Source: Acidobacteriota bacterium
Lineage (GTDB): Bacteria; Acidobacteriota; Terriglobia; Acidiferrales; UBA7541
Reading direction: 5' to 3'
DNA: 64,000 nt
Assembly: GCA_013286165.1 (NCBI GenBank)
Contig: JABDGF010000002.1
Span: forward strand, 30,501 to 94,500
The notes beneath the pieces are model-generated. The model saw only the letters and a list, made by a program, of their open reading frames with translations. It made no database searches and had not been told where the DNA came from. The position numbers were made by a program, and so were the translations under genes. How positions within the stretch are numbered: the stretch's first letter is position 1; each line of letters begins with the position of its first letter. Positions 34,794 to 44,311 of this stretch are shown piece by piece.

Positions 34794-35666
34794 TCAAGAC
34801 GATGCCGGCGCGTCGCCCTTTTCCTTCATTCGTTTTTCGGCCACCTGGAACGTCGGCCGCACGTGGCTCGGTATGGCCCGCCGACCAATTTCAACGGACA
34901 TGCTCGGCGCCGTGCCTTTCATAAACGCGACGATCATCACGCGCAGCACCTGATAGTAAGAGTGTTCCTCTTCCGCCGCTTTACCCATGTTCGAAGCTAT
35001 GGGGCCGATCAATCCGTAGCAGAGCAGAATCCCAAGAAATGTGCCGACCAGCGCCGCCGCCACTTTGTGCCCGATTTCTTCCGGCGGCCCACCCAGAGCG
35101 CCCATCGTGATCACGACGCCGAGCACCGCAGCGACGATTCCGAGACCTGGCAGGGAATCGGCCATCGTCGAGAGGGCCGTCACAGGTGCAGTCGCGCCGT
35201 GGTGGTGCACGTCCATGTCGTTCTCGATCATTTGGTCGGCATCAAACGGTTCAATGCCGCCGCTCGACGCCATGCGGATCGAATCGCACACAAACGCCAG
35301 CGCGTGGTGATCGTGCAGGAAACTCGGATACTTCGAAAAGATCGCGCTCTGCTCGGGATTGTCGCTGTCGGTTTCGAGCGCCATTAGCCCTTCTTTGCGC
35401 GCGCGTGTAAATAGCTCGTACATCATTTTGAGCGTCAGCAGGTAGCGCTCCTCGGTGAAGCTCGAACCTTTGAACGTGCCCGTGATGCCGCCCGCGATTT
35501 TTTTCAGAATGTGCATCGGGTTCGCGATCAGCACGGTGCCGATGCCCGCACCGCCAATGATGATCAGTTCGGCGGGCTGCACCAACACTCCCAGGGCGCC
35601 GTGCTCCATCAGGTATCCGGCGACCACTGCGCCGAACACCACCAGGATTCCTATGATCGTAAACAT
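34794..35666 (-). CDS. motA: Flagellar-type stator protein MotA
   Basis: 290 aa. MFTIIGILVVFGAVVAGYLMEHG..IIIGGAGIGTVL N-terminus and C-terminal TM pair (GIVAAVLGVVITMGALGGPPEEIGHKVAAALVGTFLGILL), typical of MotA/PomA. Confidence 0.85.
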   Translation of the reverse strand: MFTIIGILVVFGAVVAGYLMEHGALGVLVQPAELIIIGGAGIGTVLIANPMHILKKIAGGITGTFKGSSFTEERYLLTLKMMYELFTRARKEGLMALETDSDNPEQSAIFSKYPSFLHDHHALAFVCDSIRMASSGGIEPFDADQMIENDMDVHHHGATAPVTALSTMADSLPGLGIVAAVLGVVITMGALGGPPEEIGHKVAAALVGTFLGILLCYGLIGPIASNMGKAAEEEHSYYQVLRVMIVAFMKGTAPSMSVEIGRRAIPSHVRPTFQVAEKRMKEKGDAPASS

Positions 35667-35723
35667 CGAACCTCAGCCCTCCACGCTGCGAATTCTGGTG
35701 CGTCTCATATCATCGGCTCGGTT

Positions 35724-36647
35724 TCACGGCGCGATCGTCGTGCAGTTGCCGCCCGACGCGAGGCTCTCGCTCAGCGCCGCCTCAGCGCGCTTGATGATCG
35801 TCACCATCGTGTCGCCCGGACGCACCGTCGTCCCGCCAAACGAAGCCGTTAACGCAATATCATCGCCCCACCATTTCAATTTCGACGAGCCGACGATTGC
35901 GCGCATCCGCTCCGCCACCGCACAGAGTTCCTGCGCGCTGCAATCGGTAAGAATCGTCAAAAACTGGTTTTGCGCCCAGCGCCCCAGAAAATCCGTGGGA
36001 CGCAGCGTGTTCTCCAGCGAATCGGTCACCACGCGCTGCATCGTCACGATCGCCGCCGGCCCATAACTCGCGCGCAGCTTGTCGAGCCCATCGACCTCCA
36101 GGCACAAAATGCTGAACGGAATTGGCAGCTCCGCAAACGTCAGCAAACCTTCGCGCAGATGCGATTCCATGTACGCAGACGACGGCGCGCCCGTCGTCTG
36201 ATCGATCAATCCGTAGTCCTGGAGTTTTTGCTGCCGACGATCGCCCTCGGTGGCTGTAATCGTCGCCGCAAAACTTTCCACCGCGCCGACGATCGACCCG
36301 TGACTGTTCCGTATCGGAACCGCCTGCATCCTCACCGGAATCCTGTGCCCCGCCTTGTGCCTGAGCGACACCTCCGCCACCACAGACTTGCCTTCGCGCA
36401 GCACGGTCTCGAGTGCATTCGCCGCATCCGACGCGATCGGCTGCTCGGCCTCTTTCTCCGCCAGCAGGTTCTCGCGAAACACGCGCCCCACCACTTCCTG
36501 CCGCAGATAGCCGGTAATCCGTTCGGCGCCCTCGTTCCAGAAAACGATTTTCCGCTCCACGTCCACCAGATAAACGCCCGTGGAAAGGTTCTCGAGGACC
36601 GTTCGGTAAATTTCCGGATTGTCGAATGCGGACATCGAGGACTCCAA
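35724..36647 (-). CDS. PAS-domain protein with degenerate GGDEF domain
   Basis: 307 aa. PAS (IYRTVLENLSTGVYLVDVERKIVFWNEGAERITGY). The GGDEF-fold C-terminus has AQNQF in place of GGDEF (nt 35961-35975) and has lost the DxD/GH..GD upstream motifs. Confidence 0.8.
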   Translation of the reverse strand: MESSMSAFDNPEIYRTVLENLSTGVYLVDVERKIVFWNEGAERITGYLRQEVVGRVFRENLLAEKEAEQPIASDAANALETVLREGKSVVAEVSLRHKAGHRIPVRMQAVPIRNSHGSIVGAVESFAATITATEGDRRQQKLQDYGLIDQTTGAPSSAYMESHLREGLLTFAELPIPFSILCLEVDGLDKLRASYGPAAIVTMQRVVTDSLENTLRPTDFLGRWAQNQFLTILTDCSAQELCAVAERMRAIVGSSKLKWWGDDIALTASFGGTTVRPGDTMVTIIKRAEAALSESLASGGNCTTIAP

Positions 36648-36791
36648 AATGAATCATCGGAACTTTTGCTCGCGAGTTTAGGGAAAGCTAAGGCGCCGCT
36701 ACCTGGGCTGCAATATCCGTGCCACGCCGTCGCGTTCGCGCGCCCGTCGCGCCCGTTCGTCTGTAAACCGTGCCGGATGCGCGATACCTGT

Positions 36792-36820
36792 GTTCACGCT
36801 TCCGTAACAAATTTGTATGA
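36792..36820 (+). promoter_or_regulatory. Possible sigma70-like promoter upstream of PurD-like gene
   Basis: TTCACG (36792-36797), 17 nt spacer, TATGAA (36815-36820), about 65 nt upstream of ATG 36886. Pattern match only. Confidence 0.25.
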
Positions 36821-36885
36821 ATCTGTTATCGTTTCGATGTACTGCGCCGTGTGCCGCTTGCACGCACTAGGGGAGAGTCACTCGA

Positions 36886-38172
36886 ATGGAGAAGCGCAAT
36901 TTTCTTTTTGTGTCGCTGACTGGCCTGATCAGCGACATCGCCTGGCAGGTGGCCAAGGAGGGCAACGAAGTCCGCTACTTCATCGGTGATAAAGCCGAGC
37001 GCGACATCGCCGACGGCTTCGTCGCCAAGTCAAAAGACTGGGAGAAAGACATCGACTGGGCCGACATCATTATTTTTGACGACACCTTGGGCCAGGGCGA
37101 GAAGGCCGCGAACCTCCGCAAGCAGGGCAAGAAAGTCGTCGGCGGCACTGCGTACTCCGACCGTCTGGAAGACGACCGCTCGTTTGGCCAGGAAGAACTG
37201 AAAAAAGCGGGCGTCAACATTTTGATGTACAAGGAATTCGATAATTTCGATTCCGCGATCGAACACGTCACGGAAAATCCCGGGCGCTACGTGATCAAGC
37301 CGAGCGGCGAGGCGCAGAACGTGAAGCGCCGCCTGTTCGTCGGCGAAGAGGACGACGGCCACGACGTGATCCACATGCTCGAGGCGTACAAGCGCGCATT
37401 CTCCGAAGAGATCAAAATCTTCCAGCTGCAGCGTCGCGTGACGGGCGTCGAAGTCGCCGTTGGCGGATTTTTCAACGGCAAGAACTTCATCTACCCGATC
37501 AACATCAATTTCGAGCACAAGAAACTTTTCCCCGGCGAAAACGGACCGCCGACGGGCGAAATGGGCACGACGATGTTCTGGAGCGAGCCCAACGAGCTTT
37601 TCACCCGCACGCTTTTGAAGATGGAGCCCAAGCTCGCCGAAGAAGGTTACGTCGGCTACATCGACCTGAACTGCATCGTGAATCACGCCGGAATTTATCC
37701 GCTCGAATTTACGTCGCGCTTCGGTTACCCGACGATCATGATTCAGCAGGCCGGCATGATTACGCCGATTGGCCAGTTTTTCTGGGATCTCGCGAGCGGC
37801 ATCGATCCGAAATTGAAAGTCCGCAGCGGCTTCCAGATCGGCGTGCGCATCGTGATGCCGCCATTTCCGTTTGACGACGATGAAACGTTCGATTCGTTCT
37901 CGAAGAACGCTGTGATCGTTTTCAAAAAGCCGCCCAACGACGAATACCACATCGAAGACGTGAAGATCGTCGGCGGGGAATGGCTCGTTGCTGGCACGTC
38001 CGGTGTGATTCTCACCGTCACCGGCACAGGCCAGACGATGAAGCAGGCCCAGGCGCAAGCCTACTCGCGCATCAAAAATGTGATGATCCCCAACATGTAC
38101 TACCGCACAGACATCGGCGACCGCTGGGTAGAAGACAGCGACCGCCTGCACACCTGGGGCTATCTGCGGTAG
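36886..38172 (+). CDS. ATP-grasp enzyme, non-canonical PurD-like (phosphoribosylamine--glycine ligase-like)
   Basis: 428 aa. ATP-grasp core (RYVIKPSGEAQNVKRRLFVG, VEVAVGGFFNG, NFEHKKLFPGENGPPTGEMGT) resembling GAR synthetase, but without the canonical GGREHA N-terminus. Confidence 0.65.
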   Translation: MEKRNFLFVSLTGLISDIAWQVAKEGNEVRYFIGDKAERDIADGFVAKSKDWEKDIDWADIIIFDDTLGQGEKAANLRKQGKKVVGGTAYSDRLEDDRSFGQEELKKAGVNILMYKEFDNFDSAIEHVTENPGRYVIKPSGEAQNVKRRLFVGEEDDGHDVIHMLEAYKRAFSEEIKIFQLQRRVTGVEVAVGGFFNGKNFIYPININFEHKKLFPGENGPPTGEMGTTMFWSEPNELFTRTLLKMEPKLAEEGYVGYIDLNCIVNHAGIYPLEFTSRFGYPTIMIQQAGMITPIGQFFWDLASGIDPKLKVRSGFQIGVRIVMPPFPFDDDETFDSFSKNAVIVFKKPPNDEYHIEDVKIVGGEWLVAGTSGVILTVTGTGQTMKQAQAQAYSRIKNVMIPNMYYRTDIGDRWVEDSDRLHTWGYLR

Positions 38173-38300
38173 GCGCGCCCCGCGTGGGGTAGCCAGTTCT
38201 GGCTGCGCAACGTCGGCCGGACCGCCGCACCGTGTGCGTGCGCACGCGTCGTCCATCTTGTCACAGGCGCGCCGTCGCGCTAAAGTACGCCTCCCAAGAC

Positions 38301-38852
38301 ATGCCCGTCGCACACGAAAACGAAAAACTCAAAATCCTGATTCGCAGCACCGCGATCCACAAGCGTGTCGTGCAAGTCGCCTGTAAAATCACGCGAGACT
38401 ACAAAGGCGAGCGCGTCCATCTCGTCGGCGTTCTGAAAGGCGCGTGCATCTTCCTCTCCGACCTGGTCCGCGAAATCAATCTCGAAACGTCTATCGACTT
38501 CATGGCGGTCTCCAGCTACGGCAAGAAAAAAGAAAGCTCCGGCCAGGTTCGCGTGCTGAAAGACCTCGAGAGCAGCATCGAGGGGCTGCACGTGATCGTC
38601 GTCGAAGACATACTCGATACCGGCCTCACGCTCAGCTACCTGCTGCGCGTGCTGCAGCAGCGCCGGCCTGCATCACTGCGCATCGCCGCGCTGCTCGATA
38701 AGCCGTCTCGCCGCATCAAGCCGGTGAAAGGCGATTACGTCGGCTTTCAGATTCCGAATGAGTTCGTGGTCGGCTACGGCCTCGACTACGCTGAGCGTTA
38801 CCGCAACCTCAAAGATGTCTGCGTCCTGACGCTTCCGGAAGGCGCGCAATGA
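38301..38852 (+). CDS. hpt: Hypoxanthine phosphoribosyltransferase
   Basis: 183 aa from ATG 38301. [21 protein letters not shown] motif [17 protein letters not shown], and [15 protein letters not shown]. Confidence 0.9.
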   Translation: MPVAHENEKLKILIRSTAIHKRVVQVACKITRDYKGERVHLVGVLKGACIFLSDLVREINLETSIDFMAVSSYGKKKESSGQVRVLKDLESSIEGLHVIVVEDILDTGLTLSYLLRVLQQRRPASLRIAALLDKPSRRIKPVKGDYVGFQIPNEFVVGYGLDYAERYRNLKDVCVLTLPEGAQ

Positions 38853-39583
38853 GAGAACTAACCCCAGTCGAAGTCGCCGCTCTGATCGACCACACACTAC
38901 TGAAGCCCGACGCCACCGAGGCGGACATCCGCAAACTCTGCGCGGAGGCGCGCGAGTACGGGTTTGCGTCCGTGTGCATCAATCCAAGCTGGGTGCCGCT
39001 CGCCGCAAAATTGCTCGCCGGGGCGAAATCAAAAGTCTGCACGGTGATCGGATTTCCTCTCGGCGCGACCAGCACGATCGCCAAAGTGTGCGAGAGCGAA
39101 GAGGCCATCGCCGACGGCGCAAAAGAACTCGACATGGTGATCAACGTCGGCCTCTTGAAGTCCGGCAATAGCGTGTCGGCCGGCCACGACATCCGCGCGG
39201 TCTGCGAAGCCGCCCACAAATCCGGCGTGCTCCTGAAAGTGATCATCGAGAGCTGCCTGCTCACGCGCGAAGAAAAGATCCTCGCCTCGCAGCTGGCCAA
39301 AGCCGCCGGCGCAGACTTCGTGAAAACTTCCACCGGCTTCAGCACGGGCGGCGCGACGACAGACGACGTGAGGCTCATGCGCGAAACCGTCGGACCGGCG
39401 ATGGGCGTGAAGGCCTCCGGCGGCATTCGCACACTCGCAGACCTGCTGGCGATGGTCGCCGCAGGTGCGACACGCATCGGCGCCAGCGCCGGCGTGAAAA
39501 TCGTCGAGGAAGCGCGCTCAGGCTCCTCAGGATCGTCGTCCGCCGCGGCAGGCGGCAGCGCGTCACCCAAAAATTCCTACTAG
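38849..39583 (+). CDS. deoC: Deoxyribose-phosphate aldolase
   Basis: [34 protein letters not shown], Schiff-base Lys context [21 protein letters not shown] overlap with hpt. Gly/Ser-rich C-terminal tail. Confidence 0.9.
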   Translation: MRELTPVEVAALIDHTLLKPDATEADIRKLCAEAREYGFASVCINPSWVPLAAKLLAGAKSKVCTVIGFPLGATSTIAKVCESEEAIADGAKELDMVINVGLLKSGNSVSAGHDIRAVCEAAHKSGVLLKVIIESCLLTREEKILASQLAKAAGADFVKTSTGFSTGGATTDDVRLMRETVGPAMGVKASGGIRTLADLLAMVAAGATRIGASAGVKIVEEARSGSSGSSSAAAGGSASPKNSY

Positions 39584-39641
39584 CTCACGCCGAAAAAAGT
39601 TTCAGGTTCTCGCTCTCTCGCCCCGGCCCGCGCAACGCACC

Positions 39642-39650
39642 TGTTATAAT
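39642..39650 (+). promoter_or_regulatory. Extended -10 element (TGTTATAAT)
   Basis: TGn + perfect TATAAT (39645-39650), about 90 nt upstream of ATG 39739. No convincing -35. Confidence 0.3.
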
Positions 39651-39738
39651 GTCCGCATTCAAACGCACGTTCGGCGTAACTGTTTCTTTCTGAATGTGTT
39701 ATGAACCATCCTCAGCGGGGGCTGAGGCGCGCTCGACG

Positions 39739-41490
39739 ATGGATACCGCCAAACTCAATCCGAAACTCGATGTGCCCGCCGAAACGCTGGCCATCCTCGC
39801 CGAGATTACCCAGGAAATTAATACTTCGCTGAATCTCGATGAAGTGCTTGCCGCGGCCGCCGCGCAAATCAAGCGACTCATCGATTACGAAATTTTCGCG
39901 GTGCTGCTCCCCGAAGAAGGCACGAACCAGCTTTATTTTCGTTTCGCGATTGGCCACAAGCCGGAAGTCGTGGAGCACTGGCGCATTCCGCTCGGCGACG
40001 GAATCATCGGCGCCGCGGCCGCGACGGGCCTCGCGGTTCGCGTTGGCGATGTGCATGGCGACCCGCGCTATTTGAGCGCCGTCGAAGGCGTGCGCTCTGA
40101 ACTCGCCGTCCCGCTGATTGTGCGTGGCCGCATCGTCGGCGTGCTCGACATCGAAAGCAGCCAGCCGGATTATTTCACGCCCGACCAGCAAAATATTCTT
40201 ACGCTCGTAGCCTCGCGCATCGGCACGGCGATCGAAAACGCGAAGCTCTTCGAACACGAGCGCAATCAAGCCGAGACGCTGCTGCTTTTGAATGAAGTCG
40301 GCCGCGAGGCGAACTCCACGCTCTCCGTGGAAGAAGTGTTGCGTCGCGCTGCTGAGCTGACCAAGCGCCTCATCGACTACCAAATTTTCTCGATCCTGCT
40401 GTACGACGAGGCCGACAACGTCTTCCGCCACCGCGTCACCGTAAAATTCGGCCAGCGGGTGCAGGAAAAATTCGCAGTGCCCGCGCATGGCGGCATCGTC
40501 GGCGCGGCTGCGTCGCTGAAGCGGCCGGTCGTCGTGCCGGACGTGACGCTCGACCCGCGCTACCTGCTTATCAATCCCGAGACGCGCTCGGAGCTCGCCG
40601 TCCCGATGCTGCTCAAAGACCGCGTTGTTGGTGTGATGGACCTCGAAAGCCCGCAGCTCAATTACTTCACGCCGGATCACGTGCAGGTGCTTTCGATTCT
40701 TGCGGCGCATCTCGCCGTCTCGATTGAAAACGCGCGGCTTTACGAGCGCGTCGCGAATGACGAAGCGCGCATGGAGCGCGACTTGAGCGCCGCCCGCCGC
40801 ATTCAAGGCGCGCTGCTGCCGCGTTTGCCTGGGCCTGAGTACGGACTCGACATTGCCGCGCGCGTCGTTAGCTCGCGCGAATTGAGCGGCGACCTTTACG
40901 ACTTTCTCCGTTACGGTCCACAGGAACTGGGCGTCGCGGTGGGTGACGTCGCCGGGAAGGGAAGCGCCGCGGCGCTTTACGGAGCAGTCGCGATCGGCAC
41001 GCTGCGCAGCCTCGGCCCGCAGAAACATCGCCCGGCCGAAATGCTGCGCGCGATCAACGGATTTCTCGGCGAACGCCGCATCGAAGGCCGGTTCATGACG
41101 CTCTGCTTCGCGACATGGCATCGCGGTCGTCGCAAACTTCGCGTCGCAAATGCCGGCCAGGAGCAGCCGCTGCTGTGCCACGCGGGCAAGTGCGAGCGCG
41201 TCGACCTATCTGGATTTCCACTCGGTATGTTTGAAGATGCGGAGTACGAGCAGCGTAGCTTCATTCTCGATCCCGGCGACGTGGTGGTTTTCCACTCGGA
41301 CGGCATCGGCGACGCGCAAGATCATGCCGGAGAATTTCTCGGCCACGCAGGCCTGGCGAAGATCGTCGCAAGCCACTACCAACTCAGCGCCGATGGCCTC
41401 GCAGACAAAATCCTCGAAGAAGTGGACATCTACTCCGGCGGGAAGCATCCCGCCGACGACCGCACGCTCGTCGTCCTAAAAGTAAAGTAG
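39739..41490 (+). CDS. Tandem-GAF PP2C/SpoIIE-family protein phosphatase (RsbU-like)
   Basis: Two GAF domains (each ..SELAVPL(I/L)..VGVLD(I/L)ES..YFTPD). C-terminal PPM domain (SGDLYDF, GDVAGKGSAAA, FHSDGIGD, DDRTLVVLK). ATG 39739 preferred over track start 39694. Confidence 0.85.
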   Translation: MDTAKLNPKLDVPAETLAILAEITQEINTSLNLDEVLAAAAAQIKRLIDYEIFAVLLPEEGTNQLYFRFAIGHKPEVVEHWRIPLGDGIIGAAAATGLAVRVGDVHGDPRYLSAVEGVRSELAVPLIVRGRIVGVLDIESSQPDYFTPDQQNILTLVASRIGTAIENAKLFEHERNQAETLLLLNEVGREANSTLSVEEVLRRAAELTKRLIDYQIFSILLYDEADNVFRHRVTVKFGQRVQEKFAVPAHGGIVGAAASLKRPVVVPDVTLDPRYLLINPETRSELAVPMLLKDRVVGVMDLESPQLNYFTPDHVQVLSILAAHLAVSIENARLYERVANDEARMERDLSAARRIQGALLPRLPGPEYGLDIAARVVSSRELSGDLYDFLRYGPQELGVAVGDVAGKGSAAALYGAVAIGTLRSLGPQKHRPAEMLRAINGFLGERRIEGRFMTLCFATWHRGRRKLRVANAGQEQPLLCHAGKCERVDLSGFPLGMFEDAEYEQRSFILDPGDVVVFHSDGIGDAQDHAGEFLGHAGLAKIVASHYQLSADGLADKILEEVDIYSGGKHPADDRTLVVLKVK

Positions 41491-41492
41491 CG

Positions 41493-42596
41493 CTATTTTT
41501 TCGAAGCAGGGGCAGCCGCAGACACTGCAGGTGCGAGCGTGCTCGACGCCGGCGGGAAAAGAAAATTCCGCACAGCGTCGTTGAACATCGTCGTCTGATC
41601 TATGAATGTCAGGTGCCCGCTCTTCGGCAGCACCAACATCTGCGATCCTTCGATTTTCTGGTGCATTTGCAACGAGAGCGACTGGTCCACCTCGTCGTGA
41701 TCGCCTACGATGATCAGCGTCGGCACTTTAATGGTGGACAACTTGTCCACATATTCCGCCGACTTCAAATTGCCGTCGATCACGAACTCGCCGTTTGAGC
41801 CCCACATCTCGCGATAAACGTCCCACGCCATTTTGCCATCGTCCACTGGGTCGTAATTCGGGTCGGGGTGATTCACAGACACGTACGGAAAGTAACCCTC
41901 GCCCCAGGCAGCGATCATGTATTCAGCGGGATAGCGGCCTTGCTCCCACGGCTTCCCGTGGCCAAACAGGCCCTGCTTTTCCAGCGCGTCGATTCGCGCG
42001 CGCAACTCCGGCGACATGTTCTGCTTGATCTTCGCGAGAATCTGATTCATTTCCGCAGTGCTGGGAAACGTGCTGCACAAAATCAGGTGCGTGAGGTTCT
42101 GCTGATACTTCAGTGCATACGCCTGCGCCAGCACGCCTCCGTAGGAATGCCCGAGCAGCGTAATCTTGCCGAGCACCAGCGCCTGCCGCACGGCTTCGAC
42201 GTCTTCCACCATGTTTTCGACCGTATAACCGGCGGGATCTTCGAGCTGCTGCGATTTTCCCGAGCCACGTTCATCGATGAAGATCAGTTTGTTGCGCCGC
42301 GCGAGCGGCAGCAGATACGGCAAAAAATAATCGTGCGTCTGGCCCGGGCCGCCGTGAACGATCACGATCGGTGCGCCGCGCCCCACAGTCTCGTAGTAAA
42401 TCATCACGCCGCGGGCGTCCACCCAGCCTTCGTGCATCGGGAAATCAATCGCCGCGGCCGGCGGTGCGGGATGTACATCGGAATCGTGCGGGCCGGGAAT
42501 TGCGGCCTGCGCGTTCGCGCGCGTCGCAAGCGTAAGCGAGCAGACCGTAATTGCGCATGCAGCCGCCAGCGACGTCGACGCGGATCGAATCTTCAT
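41493..42596 (-). CDS. Secreted alpha/beta hydrolase (proline iminopeptidase-like)
   Basis: 367 aa with a signal peptide. HGGPG oxyanion motif, nucleophile elbow GHSYGG, and late catalytic-type acid/His residues (GDHDEVD, SGHLTF). Confidence 0.8.
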   Translation of the reverse strand: MKIRSASTSLAAACAITVCSLTLATRANAQAAIPGPHDSDVHPAPPAAAIDFPMHEGWVDARGVMIYYETVGRGAPIVIVHGGPGQTHDYFLPYLLPLARRNKLIFIDERGSGKSQQLEDPAGYTVENMVEDVEAVRQALVLGKITLLGHSYGGVLAQAYALKYQQNLTHLILCSTFPSTAEMNQILAKIKQNMSPELRARIDALEKQGLFGHGKPWEQGRYPAEYMIAAWGEGYFPYVSVNHPDPNYDPVDDGKMAWDVYREMWGSNGEFVIDGNLKSAEYVDKLSTIKVPTLIIVGDHDEVDQSLSLQMHQKIEGSQMLVLPKSGHLTFIDQTTMFNDAVRNFLFPPASSTLAPAVSAAAPASKK

Positions 42597-42651
42597 AAGG
42601 CACCTCAGAAGGGAATTGCCTCTCGCAAATCTTCACAACCAGCGGCGCGGA

Positions 42652-43524
42652 CTAGCGCTCGCTCCACCGCAGCTTGCTCCGCAAAATTTCGTAGTACGTC
42701 ATCGTCGGCGGCTTCACCACCTGCACTTTGTTCGACGACTTGGTGATGATCACGCGGTCCTTCGCGTCCAGCTGAAATCCGATCTGCCCATCCATCGTCA
42801 GGTACACCGGCTCGTGCGACACCGCGAAATCCAGTTCCACGCGCGCCGTGTCCGGCACCACGAGCGGACGATTCGTCAGCATGTGCGGACAGATCGGCGT
42901 GATCACAAACGCTTTCAGGTCGGGATGAATGATCGGCCCGCCCGCGGCGAGCGAATACGCCGTCGAACCCGTCGGCGTTGCGACGATCAAACCGTCCGCG
43001 CGGTACCGACCCACGTGATGACCATCGACGTGCACGTCGAAATCGAGCATGCGCGCGAGCGCCGCCTTATTCGCCACCGCATCGTTCAACGCGATCTGTT
43101 TGTCGGAAGTTTTTCCGTCGTGCAGGATTTCTGCCTGCAGCATCATCCGCTCGCTCAGGTTCGGCTTGTCCGCGAGCACGTTTTCCATCACTGGATACAG
43201 CTCGTCGAGCGTCACGCTCGTCAAGAATCCCAGCCCGCCGAGATTCACTGCGAGGATCGGCACTTGATTTGGCCCCATCGCGCGCGCGGCGGAAAGCAGC
43301 GTACCGTCTCCGCCAAGCACGATCAGCCAGTCCACTTTTCCGCCCATCTCGTCGCGCCGCAGGCCGCGGTCGTGCGCGCCGATGGTCGTCGCGGTCTGCT
43401 GGTCGAGGTACGAATTCACGCCGCGCGCGGCGAGCCACGCCATCAGCGGCGGCACCACCGTGGACACCATCTCTTTGATGGGCTTGCAGATAATTCCAGT
43501 TGTGCGGATCATCGTAGGCCGCAA
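42652..43524 (-). CDS. nadK: NAD kinase
   Basis: 290 aa. GGDGTLL, NLGGLGFLT and ATPTGSTAYSLAAGGPI motifs. Confidence 0.9.
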   Translation of the reverse strand: MRPTMIRTTGIICKPIKEMVSTVVPPLMAWLAARGVNSYLDQQTATTIGAHDRGLRRDEMGGKVDWLIVLGGDGTLLSAARAMGPNQVPILAVNLGGLGFLTSVTLDELYPVMENVLADKPNLSERMMLQAEILHDGKTSDKQIALNDAVANKAALARMLDFDVHVDGHHVGRYRADGLIVATPTGSTAYSLAAGGPIIHPDLKAFVITPICPHMLTNRPLVVPDTARVELDFAVSHEPVYLTMDGQIGFQLDAKDRVIITKSSNKVQVVKPPTMTYYEILRSKLRWSER

Positions 43525-43532
43525 ATTTTACT

Positions 43533-44282
43533 CTACCGCGCGCGGGCGTGCAGGAAAAACTCCTGGTTGCCCTCGGTTCCCGCAATGTGGCTCGGTTTTA
43601 CGCCCAGAATCTCGAGGCCGAGCGTTGCTGCGGCCTGCGTTACGTTGTCGATCGCCTTTTGGTGCAGCGCGGCGTCTTTTACGATGCCGCCCTTGCCGAT
43701 CTCGCCCTTCGCCAGCTCAAACTGCGGCTTGATTAACACGAGCAGCTCCGCTTGCGGCGCGACCGCAGCGACGAGCGCCGGCAGCACTTTCGTCGCCGAA
43801 ATAAACGACACGTCCATCACCGCCAGTTGCGCGCGCTCCGCCACGTCGCCCGGCTCCAGGTACCGCGCGTTCTTCTCGATGAACACCACGCGCGCATCCT
43901 GCCGCAGCCTCCAATCCAGCTGATCGTTCGAGACGTCCACGGCGTACACGCGCGTCGCGCCGCGCTGTAACAGACAATCTGTAAATCCGCCTGTCGAGCT
44001 GCCCACATCGAGGCAAATCTTCCCCTCGGGCGACACGTCAAAATCCTCCAGCGCGCCCTCTAGCTTCAACCCGCCGCGGCTCACATACTTCTGCGGCTCG
44101 CCGATCATTTCCACGCGAGCGTCCGATAAAACCTGCGTACCCGGCTTCGTCGCCTTCTGCCCGTTCACCAAAATGCTTCCCGCCAGCAGCAGCGCCTGCG
44201 CGCGCTCCCGCGAAGGCGCAAGCCCGCGCTCGTGCACCAGCACATCCAGCCTGATTTTTGTGGGTTTGTCGCGATTGCTCAT
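43533..44282 (-). CDS. tlyA: TlyA-family 16S/23S rRNA (cytidine-2'-O)-methyltransferase
   Basis: 249 aa. S4 domain (IRLDVLVHERGLAPSRERAQALL) plus FtsJ-type MTase (CLDVGSSTGGFTDCLLQRGA). Confidence 0.9.
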   Translation of the reverse strand: MSNRDKPTKIRLDVLVHERGLAPSRERAQALLLAGSILVNGQKATKPGTQVLSDARVEMIGEPQKYVSRGGLKLEGALEDFDVSPEGKICLDVGSSTGGFTDCLLQRGATRVYAVDVSNDQLDWRLRQDARVVFIEKNARYLEPGDVAERAQLAVMDVSFISATKVLPALVAAVAPQAELLVLIKPQFELAKGEIGKGGIVKDAALHQKAIDNVTQAAATLGLEILGVKPSHIAGTEGNQEFFLHARAR

Positions 44283-44311
44283 GAAGCAGCGTTACGCAAA
44301 ATTGGGAAGCG

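Noticed and set aside
37030-38313. 427-aa minus-strand ORF
   Set aside because: Antisense shadow of the PurD-like gene and the hpt start; the plus strand has clear ATP-grasp and PRTase motifs.
39712-41181. 489-aa minus-strand ORF
   Set aside because: Antisense shadow of the GAF-GAF-PP2C gene; no motifs.
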